Shown here: in pieces, positions 48,605-57,240 of the stretch
Numbering within the stretch: the first letter of the stretch is position 1
Layout: every line of letters starts with the position of its first letter
DNA from: an uncultured Holophagae bacterium
GTDB taxonomy: Bacteria > Acidobacteriota > Thermoanaerobaculia > Thermoanaerobaculales > Sulfomarinibacteraceae
Assembly (NCBI GenBank): GCA_963754985.1
Contig: CAVWIJ010000001.1
Location: forward strand, 17,217-81,216
Length of the DNA stretch: 64,000 nt
Direction of reading: 5' to 3'
Program-made: the position numbers and the translations under genes
The notes under the pieces: generated by a model
What the model saw: the letters and a program-made list of their open reading frames with translations, nothing else
The model's database searches: none
Told to the model about the DNA's origin: nothing

Positions 48605-49857
48605 CCGCGCACCTCGCCGCGCCGCTGCGACGGCCCTTCTTCACGCCCGGCGTGCTCGTGCTGCTCGGCCTGATGGCGGTCGGTCTCGCGTTCGCGGCGG
48701 CCCGCTTCGTCCTCGGCCTCGACGCGGTGACCCACCTCAGCGACCAGTACCCGTGGGGCATCTGGATCGCCGTCGACGTCGCCACCGGCGTGGCCCTGGC
48801 GGCCGGCGGCTTCACCACCGCGGCGCTGGTCCACATCTTCCACCGGCGTCGCTACGAGGCGGTGGTCCGCCCGGCCCTGCTCACCGCCGTTCTGGGCTAC
48901 ACCTTCGTCGTCCTGGGAATCCTCGTCGACCTGGGCCGCTACTACAACATCTGGCACCCCGCCATGCCCTGGATGTGGTCCGGGCACTCGGCCCTGTTCG
49001 AGGTGGCCATGTGCGTCATGGTCTACCTCACCGTGCTCTACATCGAGTTCCTCCCGATCGTGGTCGAGCGCTTCGCGGGCCGGGTCGCGCTGCCGGGCGT
49101 GCTGCGGGCCCTCGACGCTCCCATCGAGGCGACCCTCCGCCTCCTCGACCGGACCTTTGGCCGCGCGATGTCGCTCTTCATCATCCTCGGCGTCGTCCTC
49201 TCCACCCTCCACCAGTCCTCGCTGGGCGCGCTCATGGTGCTCGCGCGCGACAAGATGAGCCCCCTGTGGTGGACCCCGATCCTGCCGCTGCTCTTCCTGC
49301 TGTCCGCGGTCGCCGTGGGCTACTCCATGGTCATCTTCGAGTCGCTGCTCTCCTCCCGGGCGTTCAAGCGCGCACCCGAGATGGACATCCTGCCGGGCCT
49401 GGCCAGGTTCCTCCCGCTGCTGCTCTTCATCTACCTCTCGTTCAAGGTCATCGACCTCGTCATCCGGGGCGCGGCCCGCCACCTGCTCGACGGCGGCGCG
49501 GCCCCGCTGCTTTTCCTGCTCGAGATCGGCGCCGGCGTGGCGGCGCCGCTCCTCATGCTGCTGTCGGAGAAGGTGCGGCGCAGCCCGGCGCTGCTGTTGA
49601 CGGCCTCGGCCCTGGTGATTTTCGGGGTGGTCCTCAATCGAATCAACGTGTTCCTGGTCGCCTACACGCCGTACTACGCCTCCCGGCCGTACTTCCCCAG
49701 CCTCGGCGAGATCGCCATCACGGTCGGGTTGGTCTCCGCCCTCGTCCTCGCCTACCGGCTCCTCGTCACCGTTCTCCCCATCCTCCCGGCAGAGGCCCAC
49801 GGCCCGTCCGGGGCGCGCGATGCGCTGCCGTCGAGCCGCGGCGCAGGAGGCGCCTGA
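48601..49857 (+). CDS. NrfD/PsrC/HybB-family integral membrane quinone-interacting subunit
   Basis: The GTG start overlaps the upstream stop (GTGA). It is a polytopic protein of about 418 aa with WGIWIAVDVATGVALAAGGF and SALFEVAMCVMVYLTVLYIEF. Confidence 0.85.
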   Translation: MTAHLAAPLRRPFFTPGVLVLLGLMAVGLAFAAARFVLGLDAVTHLSDQYPWGIWIAVDVATGVALAAGGFTTAALVHIFHRRRYEAVVRPALLTAVLGYTFVVLGILVDLGRYYNIWHPAMPWMWSGHSALFEVAMCVMVYLTVLYIEFLPIVVERFAGRVALPGVLRALDAPIEATLRLLDRTFGRAMSLFIILGVVLSTLHQSSLGALMVLARDKMSPLWWTPILPLLFLLSAVAVGYSMVIFESLLSSRAFKRAPEMDILPGLARFLPLLLFIYLSFKVIDLVIRGAARHLLDGGAAPLLFLLEIGAGVAAPLLMLLSEKVRRSPALLLTASALVIFGVVLNRINVFLVAYTPYYASRPYFPSLGEIAITVGLVSALVLAYRLLVTVLPILPAEAHGPSGARDALPSSRGAGGA

Positions 49858-49858
49858 G

Positions 49859-50990
49859 ATGGGCGCGCACGGCAGGGCCGCGCTGCTCGCGCTCCCGCTG
49901 GCATGCTTCCTCGCGGCGGCGGCCGCCGCTCAGACCTCCGCACCGGCCCGCGCGAACGCCGCCGAGCCGCGTTGCTCGCCATGTCACGTCTGCGCGAGCC
50001 CGACCCGGTCCGACCCGTGCCTGCGCCACTGCACGCGCCACGAGGGGTCGGCGGCCCTCTCTCCCGATATCGGGCCCGACGTGGTGATTCTCGACGACCT
50101 GGAGAGCCTCTACGTGCCGGTGCGCTTCAACCACCGCGCCCACGCGGGCATGGCGGGCATGGCGGGAGGCTGTGAGACCTGCCACCACTACACCCCGCCC
50201 GACGCGAACCACCCCGCCTGCAGGGACTGCCACCCGGTCGAGATCGTCCACGAGGACATCTCTCAGCCGGGGCTCAAGGGCGCCTACCACCGCGGCTGCC
50301 TGCACTGCCACGAGGAGTGGGACAGCGACACCGCCTGCGAGGTCTGCCACGAGAAGAAGCAGGGCGGAGCCCTGCACGGGACCGCGACCACGGTCTGCGA
50401 TCACAGCCACTACGAAGCTCTCGAGCTCGACGAGCTCATCGTCTTCTCGCCGCCCGACGGAGGGTGTCGAGAGCGTCCCCTTCCACCACCGGCGCCACAG
50501 CCAGCTCTACGAGCGGGACTGCACCGAATGCCACCAGCGCCAGAGCTGCTCACGCTGCCACATCCAGGGCGGCGACGAGCTGCATCCGATGCGGGGCTCC
50601 GGCCAGACGAGCCTGCACGAGACCTGCAACCGCTGCCACGACGGCCAGCGCTGCGACGACTGCCACGGCCGCGATCCCGGCGAGCTGTTCAATCACGCCG
50701 AGACCGGCTGGCGGCTGAAGGCCTACCACGGGTCCCTCGCCTGCCGCACCTGCCACGGCCACAGCGGCGCCTACCGCAAGCTCGACCGCAGGTGCACGAG
50801 CTGCCACCCCTCCGGATGGCCGGCGGCGAGCTTCGACCACCGGGTGACCGGGGTCGCGCTCGACGAGATCCACCGCGAGGCCGGCTGCGAGGACTGCCAC
50901 GCCAAGGGGCCCGCGTCACCGCCGCGCTGCGACGGCTGCCACGACGACGGCCGCGGCTTCAACGCCGCCACCGGCTTCAGCGGGGGCTGA
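49859..50990 (+). CDS. Multiheme cytochrome c (c3/Hmc-like, 13 CxxCH motifs), one frameshift near 50455
   Basis: Has a signal peptide. CxxCH motifs are CSPCH, CETCH, CRDCH, CLHCH, CEVCH (ORF 49820..), then CTECH, CSRCH, CNRCH, CDDCH, CRTCH, CTSCH, CEDCH and CDGCH (ORF 50172..50990). Confidence 0.8.
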
Positions 50991-51019
50991 TCCCGACCCG
51001 ACCACGACCGCTTCGCTCA

Positions 51020-51100
51020 TCGCGAGCGAGGCCCCATCCTCCTGTCATCCCGAGCGAGCGGCAACGCCGCGAGTCGAGGGATCCCCCGAATCGACAGACG
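51020..51100. repeat. Hairpin module TGTCATCCCGAGCGAGCGGCAACGCCGCGAGTCGAGGGATCCCCC
   Basis: Direct reading. An identical module is seen at 51555-51602. Confidence 0.8.
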
Positions 51101-51166
51101 CCGTCCCGCCACGTCTTACCAGCCGCCGCGGATTCTCTCCTTTCCAATGGTGGGGGGGTGAATCGA

Positions 51167-51517
51167 ATGGACAGTTGCGCGGTGTACTTCCTGACCAACC
51201 GGCACCAGACCGTGCTCTACGTTGGTGTCACCTCCAATCTCCGCAAGCGACTCGCGGAGCATCTCGCCGGGGTTCATCCCTCGAGCTTCACACACAAGTA
51301 CAACGTGGATCGGCTCGTGTACTTCGAGCTCACCGCGGACATTCGCGCAGCGATTGCCCGAGAGAAGCAGATCAAGAAGTGGTCACGGTGGAAGAAGGTG
51401 GAGTTGATCGAAGCAGTCAATCCTGACTGGAAGGATCTCGGTGAGGATGTGCGCGCCGAGGTCCTTTCGGGAGATTCCTCGACTCGTCGCTCCTGTGGAG
51501 CTCCTCGCTCGGAATGA
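51167..51517 (+). CDS. GIY-YIG nuclease superfamily protein (UPF0213-like)
   Basis: Contains VYFLTNRHQTVLYVGVTSNLRKRLAEH and REKQIKKWSRWKK. The last ~15 codons run into a repeat module. Confidence 0.75.
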   Translation: MDSCAVYFLTNRHQTVLYVGVTSNLRKRLAEHLAGVHPSSFTHKYNVDRLVYFELTADIRAAIAREKQIKKWSRWKKVELIEAVNPDWKDLGEDVRAEVLSGDSSTRRSCGAPRSE

Positions 51518-51740
51518 CAGGTAATGGGGGTCATCCCGAGCAAGGCATCCTCTTCCTGTCATCCCGAGCGAGCGGCAACGCCGCGAGTCGAGGGATCCCC
51601 CGAATCCACAGACGCCGTCCAGCCGCGGCGTAGCCAACCGCGACTTGTCACGGCGTAGCCAGAGGCGAAGCCGGAAGCCGGAAGCCGCAGTCGGCCTGTC
51701 ACGGCGAAGTGCAAAGCACGGAGCCGGAAGGGATCCCCAC
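51471..51740. repeat. Composite hairpin modules followed by TGTCACGGCG..GCCGGAAG units
   Basis: Direct reading. The sequence shares more than 40-nt blocks with 47312-47475, 56027-56215 and 56850-56925. Confidence 0.8.
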
Positions 51741-51875
51741 CGTCAACGAGCGCCACCCGCAACCCGTCCCCTGCCCCGCCGTATGGACTCCGTGAGCCAT
51801 GACGTCGTCGCTGATTCGGAATCACTCCTGAAACTCGCCCAGCACACCGCGCCGGCGCGCGCGGAAGGAGAGGCC

Positions 51876-53305
51876 ATGAGAACGAAGCTCGCACTCACCG
51901 TCGTCGCGTCGCTGCTGCTCGCCGCCTCGTGGGCGGGCGCCGAGGAGGTCGCCGGCCTGCCGCTGCACGTCCAGCGGCTCGACCCGGGCACGATCCGGGT
52001 CTGGGTCGGCGACTCCATCTCGTCGACCGCGATGGTCGCCTTCGCGACCGAGAAGGGCATCGTGGTCGTCGACACCTTCGGCATCCCGAAGGTCGACGCC
52101 GAGCTGCGCACGGTCATCGCCCGCGAGCTCGGCCGCACCGACTTCAGGGTCCTCATCAACACCCACGAGCACGGCGACCACACCGGCGGCAACTCGGTCT
52201 ACGCCGACTGCACCATCGTCGGCCACGAGCTCGTCGCCGCCGGGCTCGCGGAGATCGCCGGCAACCGCGAGCGGATGCTCGAGCTGGCCCCGCGCGGCTC
52301 GCCGAGCTGGAGACCGAGCTCGCGAAGGCCGAGCCCGGCTCCCCCGAGGCGGCGCGGCTCCAGGAGGACCTGACCCTCCGGCGGCTCGACTTCGAGAAGG
52401 CGAAGGCGAACCTCGCCCCGGTCCCGCCGACCGAGACCTTCTCCGACCGCATGACGCTCGACATGGGCGACACCACCTTCGAGCTGTACTGGATCGGCGG
52501 CATGCACTCGGCGAGCGACATCGCCGTCTTCGTCCCGGAGCGCGGCCTGCTGCTGACCGGCGACACCATGGCCGACGTCTGGCTCACCGACACGCCGGGC
52601 TGCCTCGCCTGCTTCAGCGCGCGGTCCGGCGTCCGCCACGACTTCCCGCTGCTGCTCGCCAACTGGGACCGGCTGCTCGCCCAGAGGGACCAGATCAAGC
52701 GTCTGCTCCCCGGCCACTGGAACGGCGAGCTGTCGATCGCCGGCGCCGAGGCCAGGGTCGAGTACGTCCGGACGCTCTGGGACGGGCGTCACCGCGGCCG
52801 TCGCGGAGGGCAAGAGCTTCGACGAGCGTCCAGACGGAGTACCAGCTCGCCAGCCCGCTTCCCCGACCTCGCGAGCAGCCCCGGCTTCGCCCAGGCCAGG
52901 CACTACGGGACCATCGCCGAGATCTGGAGCGAGGTGACCGGCCAGCAGGCGGCCGCCACCGTGCTCTTCGCCCTGATCGACCAGGGCGCCGACGAGGCGG
53001 CCGTCCGCGCGGTCGTCGCCGACCGCTCGAGCACGTCGCCGAAGTACTTCTTCGTCGAGAACGAGATCAACGGCTACGGCTACTTCTTCCTCCAGGACGA
53101 CAAGGTCGAGCAGGCGATCAGGATGTTCAGGATCAACGTCGAGCTCTTCCCCGACTCGTGGAACGTCTACGACAGCCTGGGCGAGGCGCTGCTGCGCGCC
53201 GGCTCGACCGACGAGGCGGTGGCGATGTACGAGCGCTCGCTGGTCCTCAACCCGGACAACGCCAACGGCAGGGACGCCCTGGCCAAGATCCGCGCCGCCG
53301 CCTGA
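51876..53305 (+). CDS. Secreted MBL-fold metallo-hydrolase with a C-terminal TPR-like region, at least 3 frame changes
   Basis: Has a signal peptide MRTKLALTVVASLLLAASWAGA, HEHGDH (HxHxDH), and a tail DSLGEALLRAGSTDEAVAMYERSLVLNPDNA. Shifts lie near 52290 and within 52795-52860. Confidence 0.75.
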
Positions 53306-53307
53306 CC

Positions 53308-53510
53308 GTTGTAGCGCAGGCTTCCTGCCTGCCTTGTGGGGTAGGCATCCTGCCTGCCTTGTAGGCGTGGGCATCCTGCCTGCGTCCGGAGGCATCCTGC
53401 CTGCCTTGTAGGCGCAGGCATCCTGCCTGCCTTGTAGGGTAGGCATCCTGCCTGCCTTGTGGCGTGGGCATCTTGCCCGCGTCCCAGCATCCAGCCTGCT
53501 TGTAGCGCAG
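53308..53510. repeat. Tandem ~27-28-bp units built on the hairpin GCAGGCA-TCC-TGCCTGC (about 7 copies)
   Basis: GGCATCCTGCCTGCCTTGTAGG is repeated head to tail. The same family occurs at 54500-54712, 60171-60210 and 60855-60900. Confidence 0.85.
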
Positions 53511-53718
53511 CGCGCGAGAGAGTCCCTGCTCCGTGCCTCCAACCGGGAATTCCACGGCGGCTGACGCGGGTTGCAGAAATCTGAGACGACCTCGCAAAGT
53601 CGACCGCTTGCGCCAACTGGTGGCCATCTGACGGGGCGTTCTCACCCTGCCACCAGGGGCCGCCCAGCGGGGCCGTCGGACGCCGCGCATTCAAGGCGCA
53701 GCGCGGCTGGGAGGCGAC

Positions 53719-54514
53719 ATGACGGAGGCACATGCGATCGGCGGACTGGACCGGAACGTTCTCCGGCAGGAGATCCGCAACGAGTACCGGGAGGTCGCAC
53801 GGCATCCCGACCGCGGCTTCCACTTCCACACCGGCAGAACGCTCGCCCGCCTCGTCGAGTACCACGACGAGTGGCTCGAGGGCATCCCCGAGCCGGTGAT
53901 CTCGCGCTTTGCAGGAACCGGCAACCCTTTCAGCATCCGCTCCCTCGTAGCCCGGCGAACGGGTCGTGGACCTGGGGTGCGGGGCGGGCATCGACAGCTT
54001 CATCGCCGCGCGACACGTGGGCCCCGAGGGCGCGGTCGTGGGCATCGACATGACCCCGGAGATGCTGGACACGGCGCGGTCTGCAAGGGCCGAAGCCGGG
54101 ATGGAGCACCTGGACTTCAGGCAGGGCTACCTGGAGCAGATCCCGGTCGACGACGGCTGGGCCGACGTGGTCATCTCCAACGGCGTCATCAACCTCTGCC
54201 CCGACAAGGGCGTCACCTTCCGGGAGATCCATCGCGTGCTCAAGCCCGGCGGCCGCCTCCAGATCGCCGACATCCTGGTGAGCCGTCCCGTCTCCGACTC
54301 GGCCAAGCGGCGCATCGACCTGTGGACCGGGTGAATCGCCGGCGCTCTGCTGGAAGCAGAGCTCGAGGCGATTGTTCGTGGCGCGGGGTTCGAGGACTTC
54401 GAGATCACCTGGAGGAAGCCCGTGTTCGAGGGTGCACCGCAGAGCTCGAGCGCGGCCGCCTTCGGAACCGTGGGCATCAACTACCGCGCATCCAAGCCGC
54501 GCGTTGTAGGGTAG
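53719..54514 (+). CDS. ArsM-like class I SAM-dependent methyltransferase, one frameshift near 53950 and an in-frame TGA at 54332
   Basis: Contains FAGTGNPF, motif I ERVVDLGCGAGID, VVISNGVINL and LKPGGRLQIADI, then RIDLWTG-TGA-IAGALLEAELEAIVRGAGFEDFEI in the same frame. The TGA replaces the Cys of the ArsM WxGC(I/L)AGAL motif. Confidence 0.75.
54335..54372 (+). promoter_or_regulatory. Stem-loop immediately 3' of the in-frame TGA (bacterial SECIS-like candidate)
   Basis: Structure is ATCGCC-ggc-GCTCTGC-TGGAA-GCAGAGC-tcga-GGCGAT: a 7-bp upper stem and 6-bp lower stem, with the apical loop 16 nt after the TGA. Confidence 0.4.
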
Positions 54515-54712
54515 GCATCCTGCCTGCCTGATCGCCTCGCGTTGTAGCGCAGGCATCTTGCCTGCCTTGTAGCGCAGGCATCCTGCCTGACGTCTCGCGT
54601 AGGGTAGGCATCTGCCTGCCTGATCGCCTCGCGTTGTAGGGTAGGCATCCTGCCTGCCTGATCGCCTCGCGTTGTAGCGCAGGCATCCTGCCTGCCTCTG
54701 GCTGCGAACGGC
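54500..54712. repeat. Tandem ~41-bp units of the GGCATCCTGCCTGCC family (about 5 copies)
   Basis: CGCGTTGTAG(G/C)G(T/C)AGGCATCCTGCCTGCCTGATCGCCT is repeated. The first unit supplies the stop codon of the methyltransferase. Confidence 0.85.
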
Positions 54713-54752
54713 ACGAGCTCGACGCGCGCGCCCAGCTGCTAGACTCCAGCCC

Positions 54753-55718
54753 ATGACGGACAAGGCCGGCAGCCGGAGCATGCGTGGGCCGCGGATGGTG
54801 GAGCACACCCTCAGCGCGCTCAACGGCTGCTTCGGCGACTACCTCGCTCAGACCGGCAGCGAGCTGCAGCAACCGATGGCGTTCTACCGGGATGCCCGGC
54901 CGGTGGCACCGGAGGAGCTCGCGGCACCTCCGACCGGCAAGCTCTGCGTCCTGGTGCACGGGCTCTGCTGCAACGAGGCGCTGTGGAGCTTCCCCGCGCC
55001 TCACGAGCCCGGCGATTACGGCGCGCTGTTGGACCGTCGCTGCGGCTACATGCCGCTGTACCTGCGCTTCAACACCGGCTTACGCATCTCCGAAAACGGC
55101 AAGCAGCTGGCCGCCCTCCTCGAGCGCTACTGCTCGCACCACGGCGCAGCGGTGACGGAGCTGCTGCTCATCGGGCACAGCATGGGCGGCCTCGTCATCC
55201 GCAGCGCCTGCCACCTCGGCAGCGAGGCGGGCCATGCCTGGGTGCACCTGGTGCGCCACGTCGTCTACCTGGGCGCTCCCCACCTGGGAGCGCCCCTGGA
55301 GCAGGTCACCAACGTGGCGACCCATGTGCTGGGCCTCTTCGACACCACCGCCACCCGCGTCGTCCGCGACCTGCTCAACACCCGCAGCGCGGGAGTGAAG
55401 GACCTCCGCTTCGGCAACCTGGTCGACTCGGACTGGCTCGACGGCGACCCGGACGAGCTGATGAACAATCGCCGCGTGCCCATCCCATGGCTCGCCACCG
55501 CGCGCCACCATCGCGTCGTGGGCCAGGTGCTGGCCGGAGCGGGGACGTTGGGCGACGGCATCGTGCGTCCGGACAGCGCCGCCGGCCGCGCCCGCGGCTC
55601 CCATCCCGGAGCGCCTGGATCCGATGTGCAGGTGATGCCCGGGCTCAACCACTTCGACCTGGCCCGGCACCCTGCCGTCTACGAGCACATCGAGCGCTGG
55701 GTGACCGCCGATGGATGA
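54753..55718 (+). CDS. Alpha/beta hydrolase (PGAP1/lipase-like)
   Basis: Contains LCVLVHGLCCNE, IGHSMGG and LNHFD. TGcTAGACT lies 8 nt upstream of the ATG. Confidence 0.75.
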   Translation: MTDKAGSRSMRGPRMVEHTLSALNGCFGDYLAQTGSELQQPMAFYRDARPVAPEELAAPPTGKLCVLVHGLCCNEALWSFPAPHEPGDYGALLDRRCGYMPLYLRFNTGLRISENGKQLAALLERYCSHHGAAVTELLLIGHSMGGLVIRSACHLGSEAGHAWVHLVRHVVYLGAPHLGAPLEQVTNVATHVLGLFDTTATRVVRDLLNTRSAGVKDLRFGNLVDSDWLDGDPDELMNNRRVPIPWLATARHHRVVGQVLAGAGTLGDGIVRPDSAAGRARGSHPGAPGSDVQVMPGLNHFDLARHPAVYEHIERWVTADG

Positions 55719-56028
55719 CCAGGACTGGCGCCGGCTCAGGGGACTCAAGCGCCTGATCCACGACGGCGTCAGGCAGGGCGCTGACTTCGTGGAGAAGCAC
55801 CACCGCCACGCCGCCGAGAAGACGTTCCGCGTGCTCGAGTCCATCCCGCCCATCGCCGCGCCCACCAAGGTCGTTCACGGCATCCACAACGGGGTGTTGC
55901 GGCTCAGCTATGGCGGCATTCGCACCGTCAATCACGCCATCGAGGCGGCGGATGACTGGCTGGTGGACCAGCTCGCCCCGGCCGACGACGATCACCGCCC
56001 CGACCACGACGCCCCGCCGGAGGCCTGA
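55711..56028 (+). CDS. Hypothetical protein, start overlaps the hydrolase stop (ATGA)
   Basis: 105 aa with non-shadow composition (LIHDGVRQGADFVEKHHRHAAEKTFRVLESIPP). No family recognised. Confidence 0.45.
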   Translation: MDDQDWRRLRGLKRLIHDGVRQGADFVEKHHRHAAEKTFRVLESIPPIAAPTKVVHGIHNGVLRLSYGGIRTVNHAIEAADDWLVDQLAPADDDHRPDHDAPPEA

Positions 56029-56215
56029 GGAGATTCCTCGACTCGGCGCCCCATGGGGCGCCTCGCTCGGAATGACAGTGTTGTTGGGGTCATCCCGAGC
56101 AAGCGGCCCAGCCCCCGCTCTCTTGTCATCCCGAGCAAGGCCACCATTCTTTTGTCATCCCGAGCGAGCCGCCCGTCAGGGCGGCGAGTCGAGGGATCCC
56201 CCGAATCCACAAGCG
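56027..56215. repeat. Composite hairpin-module element
   Basis: Same architecture as 47312-47475 and 51471-51610. Confidence 0.8.
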
Positions 56216-56307
56216 CCGCCCCTCTCGGCCTCGTCAACCTCCGCCGCACCCCTCCTTATGCATGGTGGAGAGGCGCAGGGTCATGCCGCTGGTGCTGTCA
56301 CGCTGTC

Positions 56308-56336
56308 TTGACGTTGTAACGCTATGACGTCATAGT
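56308..56336 (+). promoter_or_regulatory. Promoter/operator of the RHH-RelE module
   Basis: TTGACG at 56308, then the perfect 14-bp palindrome CTATGACGTCATAG (56322-56335), directly upstream of ATG 56343. Confidence 0.5.
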
Positions 56337-56342
56337 GTCGTC

Positions 56343-56573
56343 ATGAGCGACTCCCGCCGCGCGACCGTCTACCTCGACCCGGAGATCCACCGGGCCTTGA
56401 AGCTCAAGGCCGCCGTCTCCGATCGCTCGATCTCGGAGATGGTGAATGAGGCCGTGCGGCTCGCCCTGGCCGAGGACGCGGAAGACCTCGCAGCGTTCGA
56501 CGACCGCGTCGCCGAGCCGGACATCGACTTCGGCTCGTTCGTCAGGTCACTGAGGCGCCGTGGCCGGCTATAG
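56343..56573 (+). CDS. Ribbon-helix-helix antitoxin (RelB/ParD-like)
   Basis: MSDSRRATVYLDPEIHRALKLKAAVSDRSISEMVNEAVRLAL. It overlaps the downstream toxin gene. Confidence 0.8.
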   Translation: MSDSRRATVYLDPEIHRALKLKAAVSDRSISEMVNEAVRLALAEDAEDLAAFDDRVAEPDIDFGSFVRSLRRRGRL

Positions 56574-56829
56574 CCTCCGGATCAAGCCCTCGGCCGCAAA
56601 GGAGGTCGAGGCCATCGAGCCGAGGAAGCTCCGCCGTCAGGTTGTTGAGCATATCCGGCGGCTCGCCACCGACCCGCGACCGGGGGGCTGCGAGAAGTTG
56701 GCCGGCGGATCGGGTCGCTATCGGCTCCGCCAGGGGGCCTACCGGATCGTCTACTCGATCGAGGACGATGAGCACGTCGTCGTGGTGTTCAAGGTGGGCC
56801 ATCGGAGCGAGGTGTATCGAGATCGCTGA
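56560..56829 (+). CDS. RelE/ParE family toxin
   Basis: 89 aa with KLAGGSGRYRLRQGAYRIVYSIEDDEHVVVVFKVGHRSEVY. Confidence 0.85.
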   Translation: MAGYSLRIKPSAAKEVEAIEPRKLRRQVVEHIRRLATDPRPGGCEKLAGGSGRYRLRQGAYRIVYSIEDDEHVVVVFKVGHRSEVYRDR

Positions 56830-56898
56830 TCGCACCAGCTCCGCGCCCTCCCTCCTCCTGTCATCTCGAGCGAGGCCCGCACAGCGTGTCACGGCGAA

Positions 56899-57153
56899 GT
56901 GCAAAGCACGAAGCCGGAAGGGATCTCCTCCAACGGCGGCTGTGAGAGCCATCGCATCCTGTTCGAGGACAGCGAGTACGAAATCATCCTGCGGCATCAT
57001 GAGGACGTGGACCGCCGCAGCCAGGAGATCCTCGACCGCTACCGCATCCCGTCCGACCGCTCCCACCCTCTACGAACACCCGCGGCGATCTCGGCATCCG
57101 GACCTTCTGGTTACATTTCACCAACAATCACCGAACGCATGAACCTCCTATGA
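56899..57153 (+). CDS. Copy A of a three-copy conserved mini-ORF (unknown family)
   Basis: The core SHRILFEDSEYEIILRHHEDVDRRSQEILDRYRIPSDRS (56947-57064) is shared with 59851-60003 and 61993-62146. Substitutions are mostly synonymous in this frame. The GTG start lies inside a repeat element. Confidence 0.35.
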   Translation: MQSTKPEGISSNGGCESHRILFEDSEYEIILRHHEDVDRRSQEILDRYRIPSDRSHPLRTPAAISASGPSGYISPTITERMNLL

Positions 57154-57240
57154 GTAGGCCGGTGACTCTGGTCACGGCCACCGGCCTGCCCCAGGACGAT
57201 ATTGCTACCACGTCTCAACCGCTTGTGTGCGTGGGACTGA

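Noticed and set aside
49820-51517. A single 565-aa ORF spanning the cytochrome, a repeat and the GIY-YIG region
   Set aside because: It is a read-through artefact. The first part is the N-half of the cytochrome, which then continues in another frame. The middle is a repeat module, and the GIY-YIG gene has its own ATG at 51167.
53308-54712. CRISPR arrays (regularly spaced GGCATCCTGCCTGCC repeats)
   Set aside because: The units are head-to-tail with no unique spacers of consistent length. The same motif is dispersed singly elsewhere, and no cas genes are present in the window.
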